From contig JAFGHC010000037.1 in the NCBI GenBank assembly GCA_016939335.1, positions 1 to 46,572 on the forward strand: a stretch of DNA of 46,572 bases, given 5' to 3'. The position numbers and the translations under genes are program-made. This document shows, piece by piece, positions 38,873-46,572 of the stretch; position 1 is the first letter of the stretch, and every line of letters begins with the position of its first letter. This DNA is from Candidatus Saganbacteria bacterium. GTDB lineage: Bacteria; Margulisbacteria; WOR-1; O2-12-FULL-45-9; XYB2-FULL-48-7. Below the pieces are notes generated by a model. That model worked only from the letters and a program-made list of their open reading frames with translations, had not been told where the DNA came from and made no database searches.

Positions 38873-41800
38873 ATGCCTCACCGCCAAAAATTCGTCCACC
38901 TTCACGTTCACACCGAATACAGCCTGCTGGACGGCGCCTGCCGCCTGCCGGACCTGATCGGCCGCGCCAAAGAGCTGGGGCTGGGGACGCTGGCCGTCAC
39001 CGACCACGGCAACATGTACGCGGCGATCGATTTTTACCTGCAGGCCAAAGCGGCCGGGCTCAAGCCGATCATCGGCTGCGAGATGTACGTGGCGCCGCGC
39101 ACCCGGCACGACAAGGAGACCAAAGAAGACCGCTCGCCCCATCACCTGACGCTGCTGGCCAAGAACCAGGCCGGCTACCGGAACCTGCTCAAGCTGGCCT
39201 CGCTGGCGTCGCTTGAGGGTTTCTATTCCCGTCCGCGCGTCGACCGCGAGCTGCTGGAGAAGTACCGCACGGGGCTGGTCGCCATGTCGGGCTGCGCCAG
39301 CGGCGAGGTCCAGCGGGCGCTGCTGGCTGGCAAGCTGAAAGAGGCGCGGGCCGCGGCGGAATACTTCAAAAGCCTCTGGGGCGAAGATTTTTACCTCGAG
39401 ATCATGGACTTTGACCTGGCGGAGACGAGAGCGCTCCGGCCGGCGCTCGTCCAGCTCTCCCGCGAGGCCGGCATCCCGCTCGTCGCCACCAACGACGTCC
39501 ACTGCGTCCGCCGCGAAGACGCCTATTTGCAGGACGTCCTGCTCTGCATCCAGACCAATTCCTTCTTGAGCGACGAGAAACGGCTGAAGTTCGAGAGCAA
39601 AGACTTTTATCTCAAATCGTACGAGGAGATGGCGGAGCGCTTCGCCGACCTGCCCGAGGCGCTGGCGCGCACGCTGGAGATCGCCGAGAAGTGCAACCTG
39701 GAGATCGAGACCGGCGTCCTCCATCTGCCGAATTTCCAGGTGCCGGAGGGTGAAACGCCCGAATCGTACCTGGAAAAACTGGCCTGGGACGGGATCAAGC
39801 GGAAGTACGGCACGCTGCTGCCGCCCGAAGTGATCGACCGGGTCAAGTACGAACTGATGACGATCGAAAAGATGGAGTACGCCTCGTACTTTCTGATCGT
39901 CGCCGATTTCATCAACTGGGCCAAGTCGCAGGGGATCCAGGTCGGCCCCGGCCGCGGTTCGGCCGCCGGCAGCATCGTTTCCTACGCCCTGGGGATCACC
40001 AGCGTCGAGCCGCTCAAGTACGGCCTGATCTTCGAGCGCTTCCTCAACCTGGAGCGGGTCTCGATGCCCGATATCGACGTTGATTTCTGTTTCGAACGGC
40101 GCGGCGAGGTCATCGATTACGTGACGAAAAAATACGGCGGCGACCACGTGGCGCAGATCATCACCTTCGGGACGATGGCGGCGCGGGCGGCGATCCGCGA
40201 CGTCGGCCGCGTCCTGCAGGTGCCGCTGCCGGAAGTCGACCGGATCGCCAAGCTGGTCCCCTTTGGCCCCGACGTCACCCTGGCGAAAGCGCTGGCGAGC
40301 GTCAAGGAGCTGAAATCGGTCTACGAGGGGGACGAGCGGATCAAGCAGCTGCTCGACACGGCGCTGCAGGTCGAAGGGGCGGTGCGGCACGCCTCGGTCC
40401 ACGCGGCCGGGGTCGTCATCGCGCGGGCGCCGATCATGGAATACGCGCCGCTCCAGCGGCTCGACGAGAACACGCTGGTGACGCAGTACACGATGACCGA
40501 CCTCGAGAAGATCGGCCTGCTCAAGATGGACTTCCTCGGCCTGCGCAACCTGACGATGATCGCCCACACCGTCGAGATCCTCAGGCAGGACCGCGGCGTC
40601 GAGCTCGACATGAACGCGCTGCCGATGAACGACCTGCGCACCTACAGCCTCTTCTCGGCCGGGGAGACGATCGGCATTTTCCAGCTGGAAAGCCGCGGCA
40701 TGCGCGCGCTGATCAAGGACCTGCGGCCCTCGACCTTCGAGGAGATCATCGCCCTGCAGGCGCTCTACCGGCCCGGCCCGCTCGAGAGCGGCATGGTCGA
40801 GGACTACGTCAGGCGGAAGCAGCGCAAGGTGCCGATCAAGTACGAGCTGCCGGAGCTCCAGCCGATCCTGAAAGAGACGTACGGCGTCATCCTCTACCAG
40901 GAGCAGGTGATGGAGATCGCCCGCAAGGTCGCCGGCTTCACGATGGGACAGGCGGACGTGTTGCGCGCCGCCATGGGGAAAAAGAAGGTCAAGGAGATGG
41001 AGCGGCAGAAGGAGCACTTCATCGAAGGGGCGGTCAAGCGCGGCGTCTCCCGGCACAAGGCGACCGAACTGTTCAACCTCTGCGCCAAGTTCGCCGGCTA
41101 CGGCTTCAACAAATCGCACTCGACTTCCTACGCCGTGATCTCCTACCAGACCGCTTTTCTCAAGGCGAATTACCCGGCCGAGTTCATGGCCGCGCTGCTC
41201 ACTTCGGTCATGGGGAACACCGACAAGGTGCGGCTCTACCTGTCCGAAGCCAAGCGGATGGGGCTGAAGATCCTGCCGCCCGACGTCAACGAAAGCGGCC
41301 GCAACTTCACCGTTGCCAGGGACGGGATCCGCTTCGGCCTGACGGCGGTCAAGAACGTCGGCCTGGCGGCGATCGACTCGATCATCGGCGTCAAGGCGGA
41401 GGGCGGGCCGTTCCGGTCGTTCGAGGACTTTTACCGGCGGGTCGACGCCCGCGCCGTCAACAAGAAAGTGGCGGAAAGCCTGATCAAGGCCGGCGCCTTC
41501 GACTCGTTCGAGCGGGGGCGGGCCTTCCTGCTGGCCAATTACGAAAAGCTGATGGCGGGCATCAACGCCGATCTCAAAGAGCGGGCCAACGGGCAGGAAG
41601 CGCTTTTCGAAATTAAATCCGAAATTCGAAATCCGAACCTCGAAGGAAAATCGAAATTCGAAAATGGGAAAATGGAAGAGGTGCCGGAATTCACGCCGGA
41701 CCAGCTCTTGAGGATGGAGAAAGAATTGCTCGGCCTTTATATCTCGTCGCATCCGCTCGAGCGGGTGCGCGAATCGCTCGAGGCGCAGACGACCGTCACG

Positions 41801-42358
41801 GTCGCCGATCTCGCCGAAATGAGCGAAGGCGAGACGGTCAAGGTCGGCGGCCTGTTGACCGACTGCAAGCGGCTGGTGACCAAGCGCGGCGACGCGATGA
41901 TGCTGGCCAACCTGGAGGACCTGACCGGCAGCATCCCGCTGGTCGTCTTCCCCAAGGCCTACGAGAAGTGCGCGCCGTTCCTGACCGACGACGAGGCGGT
42001 GATCGTGCGCGGCAAGCTCAACCGGGATTTCCGCACCGACGAGCTGAACGTCCAGGCCGAAACGGTCGAAGCGCTCGAAGAGCTGGAGAAGGTCCGCTCG
42101 CTCCACGTCGAGTTCGTCGACGTCAAGGACCGGCAGGTCCTGCCGCTGATGAAAGAGATCCTGGCGCTTCACCGCGGCAGCGACCCGGTCTTTGTCCGGA
42201 TGGACGGCCGGAGCGTCGAGCTGAACCGCGACCACTGGGTCGAGATCAACCCCGATCTGGTCGAGCAGCTAGAGAAACTGCTGGGCGACGGGGCGGTCAA
42301 TGTGGAGTTCAAGGTCGCGAAAAAGAAAGAGGAGGAAGTTGCCAATGGACTTAAGTAA
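38873..42358 (+). CDS. dnaE: DNA polymerase III alpha subunit
   Basis: [36 protein letters not shown]. Confidence 0.99.
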   Translation: MPHRQKFVHLHVHTEYSLLDGACRLPDLIGRAKELGLGTLAVTDHGNMYAAIDFYLQAKAAGLKPIIGCEMYVAPRTRHDKETKEDRSPHHLTLLAKNQAGYRNLLKLASLASLEGFYSRPRVDRELLEKYRTGLVAMSGCASGEVQRALLAGKLKEARAAAEYFKSLWGEDFYLEIMDFDLAETRALRPALVQLSREAGIPLVATNDVHCVRREDAYLQDVLLCIQTNSFLSDEKRLKFESKDFYLKSYEEMAERFADLPEALARTLEIAEKCNLEIETGVLHLPNFQVPEGETPESYLEKLAWDGIKRKYGTLLPPEVIDRVKYELMTIEKMEYASYFLIVADFINWAKSQGIQVGPGRGSAAGSIVSYALGITSVEPLKYGLIFERFLNLERVSMPDIDVDFCFERRGEVIDYVTKKYGGDHVAQIITFGTMAARAAIRDVGRVLQVPLPEVDRIAKLVPFGPDVTLAKALASVKELKSVYEGDERIKQLLDTALQVEGAVRHASVHAAGVVIARAPIMEYAPLQRLDENTLVTQYTMTDLEKIGLLKMDFLGLRNLTMIAHTVEILRQDRGVELDMNALPMNDLRTYSLFSAGETIGIFQLESRGMRALIKDLRPSTFEEIIALQALYRPGPLESGMVEDYVRRKQRKVPIKYELPELQPILKETYGVILYQEQVMEIARKVAGFTMGQADVLRAAMGKKKVKEMERQKEHFIEGAVKRGVSRHKATELFNLCAKFAGYGFNKSHSTSYAVISYQTAFLKANYPAEFMAALLTSVMGNTDKVRLYLSEAKRMGLKILPPDVNESGRNFTVARDGIRFGLTAVKNVGLAAIDSIIGVKAEGGPFRSFEDFYRRVDARAVNKKVAESLIKAGAFDSFERGRAFLLANYEKLMAGINADLKERANGQEALFEIKSEIRNPNLEGKSKFENGKMEEVPEFTPDQLLRMEKELLGLYISSHPLERVRESLEAQTTVTVADLAEMSEGETVKVGGLLTDCKRLVTKRGDAMMLANLEDLTGSIPLVVFPKAYEKCAPFLTDDEAVIVRGKLNRDFRTDELNVQAETVEALEELEKVRSLHVEFVDVKDRQVLPLMKEILALHRGSDPVFVRMDGRSVELNRDHWVEINPDLVEQLEKLLGDGAVNVEFKVAKKKEEEVANGLK

Positions 42359-42665
42359 GATCAGGTTCGACGAAAAGGGGTTAGTGCCGGTGATCGCGCA
42401 GGACCACAAGGACGGGACGGTGCTGATGCTCGCTTACATGAACAAGGAAGCGCTCGAAAAGACGCTTAAAACGAAAGAGATGGTCTACTGGTCGCGTTCG
42501 CGGAAAACGCTCTGGCACAAGGGAGAGACTTCCGGCCACGTTCAAAAGGTCAAAGAAATGTACTATGACTGCGACGGCGACGCGATCCTGGCCAGGATCG
42601 AGCAGGTCGGCGATTGCGCCTGCCACACGGGGAAGCGGAGCTGTTTTTTTCAGAAGATGATCTAG
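42345..42665 (+). CDS. hisI: Phosphoribosyl-AMP cyclohydrolase
   Basis: [34 protein letters not shown]. Confidence 0.97.
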   Translation: MDLSKIRFDEKGLVPVIAQDHKDGTVLMLAYMNKEALEKTLKTKEMVYWSRSRKTLWHKGETSGHVQKVKEMYYDCDGDAILARIEQVGDCACHTGKRSCFFQKMI

Positions 42666-42715
42666 ATGGAAGCCGAAAAAATAGTCATCAAAGGGGCGCG
42701 CGAGCATAATCTCAA
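42666..42715 (+). pseudogene. Orphan duplicate of the uvrA 5' end
   Basis: Encodes [16 protein letters not shown]; 43/47 nt identical to 43689-43735. Confidence 0.9.
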
Positions 42716-43680
42716 TGAAAAAGAAAATCGTCAGTAATCAAATAGCTATTTACCAAGGGCCGACGGGGGCGCTGGAACTTAAGGCGGATGCGGGTAGAGA
42801 GACCATCTGGGCGACTCAAGCGCAGATAGCAAGAATCTTTGGTGTTGAACGATCAGTAGTGACAAAACATATTGGCAATATATTTAGCTCCGATGAAGTA
42901 AGCCAAAAAAGCAATGTGCAAAAAATGCACATTCCAAATTCTGATAAACCGGCTGCTTTTTATTCGCTGGATATTATTTTGGCTGTGGGTTATCGAACTA
43001 ATTCATCAAGAGCGATCGAATTCCGGCGTTGGGCGACTAAAATACTGCATGAATATATCGTTAGCGGTTATAGCATTAATCGTAAACGTATCGCTAAAAA
43101 TTACGATTCTTTTTTGAGGGCAGTTGAAAGCGTCCACGCTTTATTGCCGCCAGAATCCCAGGTTGATACGGCGAGCATTTTAGAATTAATTAAACTTTTT
43201 GCCGACACCTGGTTCTCGCTCGCGGCCTATGATAAGGGGAGCTTTGGCAAAGGCAAAATTACTAAAAGGAAAGCCGTGTTGGCTGCGGCCGATCTTTCCG
43301 CCGGCATCGCTGAACTTAAATCTCATTTAATAAAGAAGGGCGAAGCCAGCAGCCTCTTTGCTTTGGAACGAGGCAGTGGCTCGCTTGAGGGGATCGTCGG
43401 CAACATCATGCAGACCTTCGGCGGCAAAGACTTATATCCGACTATCGAAGAGAAGGCGGCTCATTTGCTTTATTTTATGGTCAAGAACCATCCTTTTGCG
43501 GATGGGAACAAGCGGAGCGGGGCCTTTGCTTTTATTTGGTTTCTGAAGCGGTCGGGCAGGCTTGATCTCGCGCGCTTGACACCGACAACTCTTACCGCTA
43601 TAACGCTGCTGATCGCTGAAAGTGATCCCAGAGAAAAAGAAAAAATGGCCGGTTTGATCGCCATGTTGATAAGGAAGTAA
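42715..43680 (+). CDS. RhuM-family / Fic-Doc fusion protein
   Basis: [35 protein letters not shown]; Doc-like [11 protein letters not shown]. Confidence 0.92.
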   Translation: MKKKIVSNQIAIYQGPTGALELKADAGRETIWATQAQIARIFGVERSVVTKHIGNIFSSDEVSQKSNVQKMHIPNSDKPAAFYSLDIILAVGYRTNSSRAIEFRRWATKILHEYIVSGYSINRKRIAKNYDSFLRAVESVHALLPPESQVDTASILELIKLFADTWFSLAAYDKGSFGKGKITKRKAVLAAADLSAGIAELKSHLIKKGEASSLFALERGSGSLEGIVGNIMQTFGGKDLYPTIEEKAAHLLYFMVKNHPFADGNKRSGAFAFIWFLKRSGRLDLARLTPTTLTAITLLIAESDPREKEKMAGLIAMLIRK

Positions 43681-43682
43681 AA

Positions 43683-46492
<2,810 letters not shown>

Positions 46493-46493
<1 letters not shown>

Positions 46494-46572
46494 ACTTCCA
46501 ACCTCCAACTTCCAACTTCAAAACAAATATCAAAAGGCAAGGACCTGAAATCACAAATTTGGCATTTGGGTC
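46493..46572. repeat. Heptamer array (AACTTCC) starting at the uvrA stop; element probably continues past the window edge
   Basis: aacttcc aacctcc aacttcc aacttca. Confidence 0.7.

Noticed and set aside
38795..42235. 1146-aa antisense ORF and similar long shadows (19838-21424, 16681-17790, 30575-31720)
   Set aside because: These mirror high-GC3 core genes on the opposite strand and have no recognisable motifs.
38873..42358. Intein in DnaE
   Set aside because: Normal length and no splicing motifs; the only insert is the short heptamer tract.

Overview
Bacterial chromosomal window with GC-rich core genes. The gene style loosely suggests an uncultured Terrabacteria-related lineage such as Saganbacteria/Margulisbacteria, but this is unverified. 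The core genes are hisA, hisH, a ROK kinase, CIRCE-controlled groES-groEL, nusA-infB-rbfA-DHH-truB-ligA, a TrmH methylase, pabB, pheS, pheT, mutS, dnaE, hisI and uvrA. Two large ORFan genes (974 and 2724 aa) lie behind a sigma28-like promoter, and there is a stand-alone YcaO. The most unusual layer is a dense set of integrase-less micro-insertions. (1) Single-gene AT-rich cassettes (RhuM-Fic, HTH-Fic, DUF559) and a REP doublet sit between duplicated copies of neighbouring core-gene ends or junctions. (2) Two sibling REP-bounded IS200-like Y1-transposase elements, one intact and one decayed, each carry a cargo gene; one cargo lies between 68-bp direct repeats. (3) A palindrome family and many different 7-nt-period microsatellites occur both as intergenic inverted hairpins and in frame inside conserved proteins (TruB, LigA, PheT, MutS, DnaE, PabB). 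All calls come from reading motifs by eye; no searches were run.
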